Of a DNA stretch of 44,948 nt, positions 8,435 to 15,758 are shown one piece after another (the stretch's first letter is position 1; each line of letters opens with the position of its first letter). The notes beneath the pieces were generated by a model that was not told the DNA's origin, made no database searches, and saw only the letters and a list, made by a program, of their open reading frames with translations. The translations under genes and the position numbers were made by a program. This DNA comes from a virus, in the IMG/VR virus record IMGVR_UViG_3300033802_000183. One strand, given 5' to 3'.

Positions 8435-8910
8435 CTGTACCTAAGCCCCTTTCCTTGTCTGATCTCCACTCCGGGGACTTCTACTCCGTTCTTGATGTCT
8501 TCCATGATTAGCTTTTTTTGTAGTTTTGGCTCAAAGACGAAATACTTTTTGGGAATCAGTGTTTCATCTTCAACGTAAACAGAAGGCGGATATGTCTGTT
8601 CCCATATCGTGAAAAGTTTGCCTTTAATTCGTTCCAGTCCGGCGTTTTTGAGAAGTTCAAGCGTGCTTTCCTCAAGATATTTGATGTTTTTGTTTAGCGA
8701 TTCTTTTCTGTATTGGAGCCGTTCTATTTCATCGTCGATCGCTTTCGCGTTCGCTTTGAGGGATTTAATGACTTTGACGATGTTCTCAACCTTTTCCTCG
8801 ATCTTCCCCTCTAAACCGTTGATCATGGCTTGAAGATCAACGTTGTCAGGGTTTTCCTCGATCATGTCCAGCAAGTCCTGATACTGCTCAGTCAGATCAT
8901 ACAGCCGCAT
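8431..8910 (-). CDS. Siphovirus Gp157-like protein
   Basis: Begins MRLYDLTEQYQDLLDMIE, has a coiled coil and lies immediately upstream of ERF. Start moved to 8910 after AAAGGAAGG. Confidence 0.7.
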   Translation of the reverse strand: MRLYDLTEQYQDLLDMIEENPDNVDLQAMINGLEGKIEEKVENIVKVIKSLKANAKAIDDEIERLQYRKESLNKNIKYLEESTLELLKNAGLERIKGKLFTIWEQTYPPSVYVEDETLIPKKYFVFEPKLQKKLIMEDIKNGVEVPGVEIRQGKGLRYR

Positions 8911-9100
8911 ATTTAACCTTCCTTTCGTGCTTCTCCATAATTTTCTGAGCAAGTTCAAGCTGCTGTTCTGGAGTCAAATAAACGTCAACCCTGTTGCCGA
9001 ATTCTTCTTTAAGAGTGATGTTTTCGTCCTCGACCTCAATCTGCACGTTCTCGGCATGATCAAGGCTGAAGCTGATTCGCATAGTGCTTTGCAGCATCAT
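8897..9100 (-). CDS. Hypothetical protein
   Basis: Start moved to the ATG at 9100, which overlaps the stop of the upstream micro-ORF. Confidence 0.55.
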   Translation of the reverse strand: MMLQSTMRISFSLDHAENVQIEVEDENITLKEEFGNRVDVYLTPEQQLELAQKIMEKHERKVKYAAV

Positions 9101-9228
9101 TTCTCCAATTCCTCCTTGCAGCGGACGCATATTCTGCGCCCGCGCCAGTATTCTTCATATGTCGGGTTCATCTCTTGTCCGCAAATTTCACATTCAGTCC
9201 GGGTATAAATCATCACCTGTTCTGTCAT
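9097..9228 (-). CDS. 43-aa Zn-ribbon micro-protein (below the track cutoff)
   Basis: Hand translation: MTEQVMIYTRTECEICGQEMNPTYEEYWRGRRICVRCKEELEK. ATGA overlaps at both ends. Confidence 0.55.
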   Translation of the reverse strand: MTEQVMIYTRTECEICGQEMNPTYEEYWRGRRICVRCKEELEK

Positions 9229-9479
9229 ATCAACCCTGCCGCCTTTGCTTCTTCGCGGCATTCCGGGAACCAACATACTTTTTCTTTTCCGTCGTATGTG
9301 TATTGAAATCCCATTTCCCCCTCAATCTGCCGACCGCAGATACAACAGTTTCCGGCAATCATCACTTTCGGTTCATATTCATCCCAGGCGCGATAGACAT
9401 TTTCATACGGCCCGCGCCATGCGAAACGGTCGAGGTTAACCATTCCTTCACTTCCTTTATGGAATGTGATATAATTCAA
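9225..9479 (-). CDS. Hypothetical Cys-containing protein
   Basis: 84-aa ORF with CCICG ... C..PEC. Confidence 0.6.
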   Translation of the reverse strand: MNYITFHKGSEGMVNLDRFAWRGPYENVYRAWDEYEPKVMIAGNCCICGRQIEGEMGFQYTYDGKEKVCWFPECREEAKAAGLI

Positions 9480-9513
9480 GCGAGAATATTTCTTTTGGCC
9501 GCTTTTTAAGCGG

Positions 9514-9651
9514 TCATTTTTGTCTTTCCATCATCTTGGTAATGATTCGTTGAAACTTTTCCTCCAACCGTCTCTTCCTGTTCTTCTGCTGATAAAACTT
9601 TTGCCTTTGCTCCGGTGTCAGGTACGTACCAACGATTTTGATTTCACTCAT
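9514..9651 (-). CDS. 45-aa basic micro-protein (hand-called)
   Basis: MSEIKIVGTYLTPEQRQKFYQQKNRKRRLEEKFQRIITKMMERQK. GGGAGG SD and an 8-nt overlap with the upstream micro-ORF. Confidence 0.4.
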   Translation of the reverse strand: MSEIKIVGTYLTPEQRQKFYQQKNRKRRLEEKFQRIITKMMERQK

Positions 9652-9748
9652 ATTCCGCCGCCTCCCGTTCTGCGTCGTATAGGCAATATAGGCTTGTCAG
9701 AATTACGGCTGCGAATAATATCGCCCCAAGAAACTGCCATGCGGTCAC
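9644..9748 (-). CDS. 34-aa single-TM micro-protein (hand-called, GTG start)
   Basis: (M)TAWQFLGAILFAAVILTSLYCLYDAEREAAEYE, with a GGGAGG SD 8 nt upstream. Confidence 0.35.
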   Translation of the reverse strand: MTAWQFLGAILFAAVILTSLYCLYDAEREAAEYE

Positions 9749-9767
9749 TTCCGCTTCCTCCCTTATG

Positions 9768-10001
9768 TCATAAATCTTTAATTTCTTTTGTAGAATGATC
9801 TAATTGCAACGTTTTTTCCGGCAAATTGTATTTCGTGGATAATTCTTTCCATAATTTCCTCTCTTTTTCTTTTGCCTTGGTCATTCGATCAACCAATGCG
9901 TCCTGCAATTTAGTAATGGCTTCGATTTCATAATTAATCTTCATAAAAGCGTCAGATTCTTCCTCGGTAACTACAGCATAGACCTTTTTTACCCGATCCA
10001 T
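9768..10001 (-). CDS. Hypothetical coiled-coil protein
   Basis: 77-aa ORF. Confidence 0.6.
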   Translation of the reverse strand: MDRVKKVYAVVTEEESDAFMKINYEIEAITKLQDALVDRMTKAKEKERKLWKELSTKYNLPEKTLQLDHSTKEIKDL

Positions 10002-10100
10002 TTACTTCCGCTTCCTCCTTTCGTTGATCTCAAGAGCAATCAGCAATACCACACAAACCAATGCAATCAGCCAAAATCCCGGATATTGAATGAGAATCAT
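10002..10100 (-). CDS. 32-aa single-TM micro-protein (hand-called)
   Basis: MILIQYPGFWLIALVCVVLLIALEINERRKRK. The stop abuts the next ATG and the start overlaps the upstream stop. Confidence 0.35.
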   Translation of the reverse strand: MILIQYPGFWLIALVCVVLLIALEINERRKRK

Positions 10101-10171
10101 TTTTCCCTCCTTAGCTTGTCTATGCTCAGGGCAATGACAAGTGCCAAAGTAATGGCAACTCTGTTTTTCAC
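10097..10171 (-). CDS. 24-aa hydrophobic micro-protein (hand-called, GTG start)
   Basis: (M)KNRVAITLALVIALSIDKLRREK. GTGA overlap with the XRE gene stop and ATGA overlap with the next ORF. Confidence 0.3.
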   Translation of the reverse strand: MKNRVAITLALVIALSIDKLRREK

Positions 10172-10395
10172 TTCACCAAAGCCCCTTTCTGGTTATCATT
10201 GATCGTGAACGAAGCCACCTTTTCAACATTCGCCAATAATTCCATGATTTCAAAGTATTCATCTGCTTTAATTTGCAACCTGCCGGTTTCGATCTTGCTT
10301 ATACGTTCTTGTGAAGTATGAATTAAATCCGCAAGATTTTCTTGAGTGAGTCCTTTTCTGCGCCGAAGTCTGCGAATTCTTTGACCGGCTTTCAT
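10168..10395 (-). CDS. XRE-family HTH regulator
   Basis: IRRLRRRKGLTQENLADLIHTSQERISKIETG is a canonical HTH_3 pattern. AAAGGTGGTGA SD. Confidence 0.85.
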   Translation of the reverse strand: MKAGQRIRRLRRRKGLTQENLADLIHTSQERISKIETGRLQIKADEYFEIMELLANVEKVASFTINDNQKGALVK

Positions 10396-10571
10396 TTGAA
10401 TCTCACCACCTTTATGTCCGTTTCAGACTATTCCAATATGATCATTAAAAGATTATTAGATTTGAATTAATATAAAGATGTAATGATTCCCCTACATAAT
10501 CCCCAACCCGTCGATCAGGTACCGGATCGGCGGGAAATTTCCTCTGCTTGTCCCCCAAGGTGATCGTAAGA

Positions 10572-10727
10572 TCACCCTTCTGAAAGACGGATTTCGTAAC
10601 TTTTCAGCGCTTCCTCAATTGTTTTTGAAGCGAACCAATCCTTCAGACCTTTTGTCTCTGCTGTATTCACAACGCGCTCTCTCCAGTCGGCATCGCAAAT
10701 TTCTTGAATCCAAAAGATTGGTTTCAT
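10572..10727 (-). CDS. 51-aa hypothetical protein (hand-called)
   Basis: MKPIFWIQEICDADWRERVVNTAETKGLKDWFASKTIEEALKSYEIRLSEG. ATGA overlap with the upstream gene. Confidence 0.45.
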   Translation of the reverse strand: MKPIFWIQEICDADWRERVVNTAETKGLKDWFASKTIEEALKSYEIRLSEG

Positions 10728-10921
10728 ACTTCTTCATCCCCTTCATTGAGAATCATTTTCGGAACTTCCAAGCCGTTTTTCTCTGCCCGGATTATTGCAT
10801 TTGCGATTAATTCATGAATGAAATCCTCGATTTCTTTTGGGAAATTGAGTTGTTTTGTCATGTTCGCATCACCTCTTACAGTAGGTGTATGCGGCGCATC
10901 TCGTGGGACAACACTGGTCAT
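10724..10921 (-). CDS. Hypothetical protein
   Basis: Track ORF 10724..11068 trimmed to the ATG at 10921, which follows AAAGGAGG. Confidence 0.55.
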   Translation of the reverse strand: MTSVVPRDAPHTPTVRGDANMTKQLNFPKEIEDFIHELIANAIIRAEKNGLEVPKMILNEGDEEV

Positions 10922-11000
10922 TTGGAGCCTCCTTTCTGTAATTTCCTCCCTTTGGTAAAATGTGATTGGGTCTGTCATTTTCGATAAGGGAGGTGGTAAT

Positions 11001-11186
11001 ATGTCTTCTACGCCAAGCGCAAGGTTGGAAGTGGCTAAAGAAATAATGTTAAAAGCCATGGATATCATGCGCTATAATTTTGGTCACGACATTTCAAGCG
11101 AAAAATTCAATGAGCAATATGCAAAAGAAATCGACAAACTATTCAAATCCATCTACAAAACTGTGAAAGAAGCTGAACAACAATGA
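11001..11186 (+). CDS. 61-aa helical protein encoded antisense to the early operon
   Basis: The ATG at 11001 follows GGGAGGTGG. An extended -10 (TGgTAAAAT) lies about 40 nt upstream. Composition is helical and Lys/Glu-rich. Confidence 0.5.
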   Translation: MSSTPSARLEVAKEIMLKAMDIMRYNFGHDISSEKFNEQYAKEIDKLFKSIYKTVKEAEQQ

Positions 11187-11190
11187 AGCT

Positions 11191-11349
11191 CTAATTGTAA
11201 AGCGATCCATGAAGTTCTGCAGTTGCCTTCACAACCTCCGGCAAGACTGCAAGTTCTTCGCTGGAGGTTCCGTTTTTGCATTTGTCTTGTATCCAATCAC
11301 AAAGTTTGATTACGGTTTCCTCAACTTTTTGGCTTGTGGCTTTCTCCAT
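11191..11349 (-). CDS. 52-aa hypothetical protein downstream of the cro-like gene (hand-called)
   Basis: MEKATSQKVEETVIKLCDWIQDKCKNGTSSEELAVLPEVVKAATELHGSLYN, with an AAAGGAGGG SD. Confidence 0.5.
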   Translation of the reverse strand: MEKATSQKVEETVIKLCDWIQDKCKNGTSSEELAVLPEVVKATAELHGSLYN

Positions 11350-11363
11350 CCCAATCCCTCCTT

Positions 11364-11594
11364 TCATGCGGTTTCATCTTCATATTGGCGTTCCGTCAAC
11401 ATTTTTTGCAAAATAAAATCCACTGGCACACCTAGAGCATCAGCAATAGAAGGAAGCATATCGGCTTTTATTTTTCTGTCATTGCTCTCATATTTTGAGA
11501 GTGTAGAGGGGCTAATCCCTAATTTTTTTGCCAGAACCTTACTGGGAATGTTTTTACTTTTTCTAATATCCTTTATTGCTGTTCCGATGTTCAA
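11364..11594 (-). CDS. Cro-like XRE-family HTH regulator (first gene of the early operon)
   Basis: IKDIRKSKNIPSKVLAKKLGISPSTLSKYESN is an HTH_3 pattern. TTG start after AAAGGTGGTGA. Divergent from the CI-like gene. Confidence 0.85.
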   Translation of the reverse strand: MNIGTAIKDIRKSKNIPSKVLAKKLGISPSTLSKYESNDRKIKADMLPSIADALGVPVDFILQKMLTERQYEDETA

Positions 11595-11640
11595 TCAAAT
11601 CACCACCTTTTTATTTCCGTAACGCCAATATTTTATTTTT

Positions 11641-11669
11641 ATTATACGTTGGCGTACTGCCAATGTCAA
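11641..11669 (-). promoter_or_regulatory. Early (PR-like) sigma-A promoter, perfect TTGACA-17-TATAAT
   Basis: On the minus strand, -35 is at 11669-11664 and -10 at 11646-11641. The whole spacer is occupied by an operator palindrome. Confidence 0.8.
11649..11663. promoter_or_regulatory. Operator palindrome TTGGCGTACTGCCAA
   Basis: TTGGC-N5-GCCAA dyad. Related GCCAA half-sites occur at 11624-11628 and 11709-11713. Confidence 0.7.
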
Positions 11670-11677
11670 TAATTTTT

Positions 11678-11692
11678 TTGGCTAATTGCCAA
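11678..11692. promoter_or_regulatory. Operator palindrome TTGGCTAATTGCCAA
   Basis: Second TTGGC-N5-GCCAA dyad, 29 bp from the first and upstream of the TATAAT at 11721-11726 that serves the repressor gene. Confidence 0.65.
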
Positions 11693-11750
11693 TTTAATTT
11701 TCCGATATGCCAATTATGTATATAATAGTAAAGGTGAAAGTAGGTGAGTT

Positions 11751-12101
11751 GTGGTGAGTGAAATAAAAAAAGTGCTTGGAGAAAGATTAAAGGCGGCTAG
11801 GGAGAGAAAAAATTTAAAGCAGAACAGAGTGGCGCATTATTTGGGCATACACAATAGCACATTAGCGAAGTATGAATCTGGCGAAAGAGAGCCAGACATA
11901 GAAACAATTAATAAACTAGCTCGATTATATGAGGTTTCGGTTGATTATCTTATGGGAAGGTCTGAGAAAGAAACAAAGGTCATTGAAAAATCATACGAAT
12001 TAGATCAATTAGATAAAGAAATCGTTAATATAATAACGAAAATGCCCAAAGACGATAAAAAGCACATTGTTGAATTCATGAAGAGATTTATAAAAAAGTG
12101 A
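11751..12101 (+). CDS. CI-like XRE-family repressor
   Basis: LKAARERKNLKQNRVAHYLGIHNSTLAKYESGEREP HTH plus a C-terminal extension. GTG start. Divergent from the cro-like gene. Confidence 0.85.
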   Translation: MVSEIKKVLGERLKAARERKNLKQNRVAHYLGIHNSTLAKYESGEREPDIETINKLARLYEVSVDYLMGRSEKETKVIEKSYELDQLDKEIVNIITKMPKDDKKHIVEFMKRFIKK

Positions 12102-12457
12102 GATGGTTATCGATGGGCTTAAATCTTATACCCATTGAAGAGTACAGGAAAATTAAGAATTCTGACCAAAATGAAGCAAATGAAACTCCGTTTAACACAT
12201 CTGTTCAAACCAATTATTGGGATATTTTAAATTCAGATTATGAACGTTTGAAAGCGGACATTAACGGGGACGGGAAAATAGATTATAACGAATACCGTGA
12301 TTTCATTATCTCAACTAACGAACAAAGAGTTTATCCGAAAAGCATAGATAACGTTCACCACTATTATCATCTTGATTTTACTGTTTTATTAGCGATTGGG
12401 ATGATATGTATAACCATGCTAATTAAAACCTGGTTAAATAAAAGGGGCTCATTTTAA
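12098..12457 (+). CDS. Membrane-anchored protein with a canonical EF-hand loop, co-transcribed with the repressor
   Basis: DINGDGKIDYNE (12257-12292) fits the DxNxDGxIDxxE pattern. C-terminal TM helix FTVLLAIGMICITMLI. The start overlaps the repressor stop (GTGA); an alternative ATG is at 12113. Confidence 0.65.
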   Translation: MRWLSMGLNLIPIEEYRKIKNSDQNEANETPFNTSVQTNYWDILNSDYERLKADINGDGKIDYNEYRDFIISTNEQRVYPKSIDNVHHYYHLDFTVLLAIGMICITMLIKTWLNKRGSF

Positions 12458-12607
12458 TGATTTAGCCATAATATCAATTTTTTCGTTTAACAAGTTGACT
12501 AATTCAGGATATTTCCCAAAATTCTTAACATACAATATCAACTCTTCTAATTGTTCGATCGTCGCATTTTGGATGAAGCGCTTTATTGTTTCCTTATCAC
12601 TATCCAT
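12449..12607 (-). CDS. 52-aa hypothetical protein
   Basis: Track ORF 12449..12688 trimmed to the ATG at 12607 after GAGAGGGGG. Confidence 0.45.
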   Translation of the reverse strand: MDSDKETIKRFIQNATIEQLEELILYVKNFGKYPELVNLLNEKIDIMAKSLK

Positions 12608-12728
12608 TTGAAAACCCCCTCTCAGGATAGTGTCTCTATTATAATACGAACAAACGTTCCTATCAAGGAAATATATTCCTATATACATAATATTCGGAAT
12701 ATTTTTTATTAAAGGGAGTGTATGTTAA

Positions 12729-13724
12729 ATGAAAAAGAAAGTTTTAATCTTATCTGTTGCCCTCACTCTATTATTTTCCGGCGTTGTCGTTGCGGCGAGT
12801 ATGTACGGCGAATTTGAAGGTTATCCTATCATTCAGATCAAGAACAATGGAAAAACTATTATTCCTCAAGATGTTCCGGCAATCAGTTTTGAAGGAAGAA
12901 CGATGATTCCGATTTACATGCTGCGCGATCTTGGGTTAAATGTATCGTGGGATCAAGAAACACAAACTGTTAATGTAAGTTCTTCTACTCAAACCAGCAA
13001 TCCGGGGTACGTTTTCTCGAAAAAAGAATTTGATAAATTAATTTCAAAAGCAAGACAATATGACGCTAATTATATTCAGTACAGCTATGCAGGAGGAACA
13101 TCTACTTTTTTGGTTGCTAACTATAAAGATACATTAGATGATGATGTCGATGAAGATTTTAGAAATATAGCAGAAATATCCAAATTAACATTAGAGACGG
13201 ACGCTGGACTTATCATATTTGAAATAAATGTAAATGGCACAATTACAGAAGAAGTGTCTATTTTTAGAGAAGATATAGAAGATTATGTTAATGGTAAAAT
13301 CAATTATTCAGAATACATTCTAAAGTGGTCAATCTATCCTGCCAACAACATAGCACCTATTAATAACACTCCCAATTACAACAATTCATCTACTATGAAT
13401 ACATCATCAGGATACCCGGAACTATATTCAAATGATGGAAAAACGTATTTAGGAAAACTTACAACCAACGAATTTGACGCCGAATCTATTTTTAATGAGT
13501 ATGGTACATATGGAAGTCCTTACTCATCCAAAAGCATTTGGAATGAATACGGAAAATACGGAAGTAAATATTCTAATGAAAGTGCTTTTAATGAATATGC
13601 CACAAAGCCTCCTATTATTGTATTTGATGGAGAAATTATTGGTTATTTAACGACAAATGCTTATATTAATAGTGGCATTTCCCCCTATGAACTATATTCT
13701 TGGTTAGAAGAAAATGGGTATTAA
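12729..13724 (+). CDS. Secreted protein with a copper-amine-oxidase-N-terminal-like (stalk) domain and C-terminal NEYGxYGS repeats
   Basis: Signal peptide MKKKVLILSVALTLLFSGVVVAAS. Stalk motif FEGRTMIPIYMLRDLGLNVSWD. Repeats FNEYGTYGSPYS / WNEYGKYGSKYS / FNEYA. Confidence 0.75.
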   Translation: MKKKVLILSVALTLLFSGVVVAASMYGEFEGYPIIQIKNNGKTIIPQDVPAISFEGRTMIPIYMLRDLGLNVSWDQETQTVNVSSSTQTSNPGYVFSKKEFDKLISKARQYDANYIQYSYAGGTSTFLVANYKDTLDDDVDEDFRNIAEISKLTLETDAGLIIFEINVNGTITEEVSIFREDIEDYVNGKINYSEYILKWSIYPANNIAPINNTPNYNNSSTMNTSSGYPELYSNDGKTYLGKLTTNEFDAESIFNEYGTYGSPYSSKSIWNEYGKYGSKYSNESAFNEYATKPPIIVFDGEIIGYLTTNAYINSGISPYELYSWLEENGY

Positions 13725-13945
13725 TTATTAAAAATCGCCTTCCCATAGAGAAGACGACCATAGTGCAGCTGGCTGGCATAGAAAATCCTTAGCCCCTGTA
13801 GCTTTGCGTCCTCTCCTTTCGGAGAGTTTGCCAAAATATAGTATTTAAAGAGTGTATAAATAATAATAGGTTGATTTTACCAGAAATTCAAGGGCATATT
13901 TGCATGGGATAATTTTCATAATTTTTCGTCACCGGAGGACAAAAA

Positions 13946-15367
13946 ATGCGTGTAGCAATCTATATTCGGGTTAGTACAGATGAACAAGTTCAGCAAGGCT
14001 ACTCCATCGACGCTCAAAAAGAGCGTCTTATTGCGTTTTGCAAGTCCCAGGGATGGAATGACTATAGTCTCTACATAGACGATGGGTACACAGGCACAAA
14101 TTTAAACCGGCCTGCCATGAAAAGATTAATCCGTCATGCCGAAGAAAAAGAAATTGATTTGGTTCTCGTCTACAAACTGGACCGATTAGGACGGAAACAA
14201 AAAGATGTTCTTCATTTGCTTGAAGATGTGTTCGAGAAACACAACGTCGCCTTTAAATCCGCAACAGAGCCTTTTGACACGTCTACTCCACTTGGAAAAG
14301 CCATGATTGGGATATTAGCCGTATTTGCCCAATTGGAACGGGATATGATTGTTGAACGAACCACCACAGGACGGCGCCAAAAAGCCAGTCAAGGCATTTG
14401 GTACGGCGGCAGGATTCCTTTCGGGTATAATTGGAACCAACAAACGCAAACGCTTGAAATCGTGCCGGAAGAAGCTGCAATTGTAAAAGAAATATTCAAA
14501 CGGTATTTGCAAGGGCAGTCCAGGCTTGCGATTGCAGAATGGGCTTCCAGTCGGACAAAAGCGAGATTTTTTGATCATTGCGTAATCCGTGATATGCTCG
14601 CAAGACCCATATATATGGGAAAATTGGTGAATGCCGGAACTCTGGTTGAGGGAAAACACGAACCAATCATCGACGAAGAAACCTGGTATGCTGTTCAAAG
14701 GGAATACAGTCGGCGCAAAGACGGGTTATCACCACTAGGCGATTACTTGCTGACTGGATTATTAGAATGCGGCGTGTGCGGATCGGGGATCGTTCACGTC
14801 AAACGAATTACGCATAAGCGGAACAAAACATATCAGTACGATCTTTACGCTTGCAGAAATCAACATGTTCGGAGAAAGGATAGGAGTGATTATTGCGATT
14901 TAGGATATTTCCGCAGAGAAAAAATTGAGGAATGGGTTGTTGAGGAAATGAAATCCGTGGCACTAAAGCCTAAAAAAATCAATGAATTTATCAAACAAAA
15001 ATCCAGGCATACCGTAGATCAAAACCTTGTTTCCTCCCTCGAAACGAAACTAAAAGCCGTTGTAGAAGGCCTGGAAAATCTGTACGAAGCGATCCAAACA
15101 GGAGAGATCAAAGCATCATACGTCAGCGGTCGTATCAAAAAGTTGGAAGAAGAAAGGGAAGCTATTGAGCGGCAGTTGGAGGATTTGAAAGATGAAATGC
15201 CGAAAATTATAGAACCCAGGAATATGCTTTACCTCGTTCGCGAAGTGGCAGACGCATGGGACTTACTTACCGAAGACGAGCAAAAGATGATGATTCGCAA
15301 AGTTATTAAGAAAGTGATATTGAAAAAAGACGAAGATCCGGAAATTGTTTGGAACGTTGTTGAATAA
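13946..15367 (+). CDS. Large serine recombinase (integrase)
   Basis: MRVAIYIRVSTDEQ catalytic-Ser N-terminus, resolvase domain, recombinase domain, Cys-rich zinc ribbon (CGVCG...C) and a C-terminal coiled coil. Confidence 0.95.
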   Translation: MRVAIYIRVSTDEQVQQGYSIDAQKERLIAFCKSQGWNDYSLYIDDGYTGTNLNRPAMKRLIRHAEEKEIDLVLVYKLDRLGRKQKDVLHLLEDVFEKHNVAFKSATEPFDTSTPLGKAMIGILAVFAQLERDMIVERTTTGRRQKASQGIWYGGRIPFGYNWNQQTQTLEIVPEEAAIVKEIFKRYLQGQSRLAIAEWASSRTKARFFDHCVIRDMLARPIYMGKLVNAGTLVEGKHEPIIDEETWYAVQREYSRRKDGLSPLGDYLLTGLLECGVCGSGIVHVKRITHKRNKTYQYDLYACRNQHVRRKDRSDYCDLGYFRREKIEEWVVEEMKSVALKPKKINEFIKQKSRHTVDQNLVSSLETKLKAVVEGLENLYEAIQTGEIKASYVSGRIKKLEEEREAIERQLEDLKDEMPKIIEPRNMLYLVREVADAWDLLTEDEQKMMIRKVIKKVILKKDEDPEIVWNVVE

Positions 15368-15419
15368 TTTTTCATTTTATTGGTGGATCGCTAAGGTAAA
15401 TCACTATGAATATGAAAAC

Positions 15420-15758
15420 TTATTTGAGTTCTACCTTTATTATGTCTTTAAAATTCACCCATTCCCATTCCTCACCAAATTCAACTTTAATCCGTTTCAA
15501 CTGCTGATCCACTTTCGTCACAACGCCGGTTAGCGTCCGATCCTCAAATTCCCCGTACAGGATGAAGCTGACCGGCTGTTTTGTGCCGTAGGAATAACCG
15601 ATCCCCCGCGCGATGTCTTCCTGTTCTTGCTCATCGAGTTCAGGCCGTGGCTTTTTTCGTGTTTCTTCCTGATACTTCAATAGCTCTGCTTTATGTTCAG
15701 GCAACATGATTCGGCTTGACTCCCAAAACATATTTGAACCCGGTGTGTTTTTGTGCAT
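15420..15758 (-). CDS. YolD-like protein
   Basis: MFWESSRIMLPEH ... RPELDEQEQEDI ... GVVTKVD matches the YolD-like pattern. The ATG at 15758 lies 7 nt after GGAGGGG. Confidence 0.75.
   Translation of the reverse strand: MHKNTPGSNMFWESSRIMLPEHKAELLKYQEETRKKPRPELDEQEQEDIARGIGYSYGTKQPVSFILYGEFEDRTLTGVVTKVDQQLKRIKVEFGEEWEWVNFKDIIKVELK

Noticed and set aside
9497-9530. Hairpin GGCCGCT-tttta-AGCGGTC followed by T-rich sequence on the plus strand.
   Set aside because: No plus-strand gene ends here, and on the coding minus strand there is no U-tract. It overlaps the stop of the 45-aa micro-ORF, so its significance is unclear.
9747-10018. 15-nt exact repeat ACTTCCGCTTCCTCC at 9747-9761 and 10004-10018.
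   Set aside because: On the coding strand it reads GGAGGAAGCGGAAGT, an SD-containing junction between coupled ORFs. It is probably a duplicated translational-coupling module rather than a regulatory repeat.
13791-13805. GCCCCTGTAGCT resembles the 5' end of a tRNA gene, which could hint at an attP core.
   Set aside because: Only about 12 nt match with no cloverleaf, and serine integrases do not need tRNA homology.
13725-13945. Searched the 221-bp gap upstream of int for an attP-like dyad or an excisionase ORF.
   Set aside because: I found only a weak 6-bp hairpin (13811-13826) and promoter-like TG-GATAAT. No convincing 40-50-bp dyad or small RDF ORF is present. The RDF could be any of the small early proteins.
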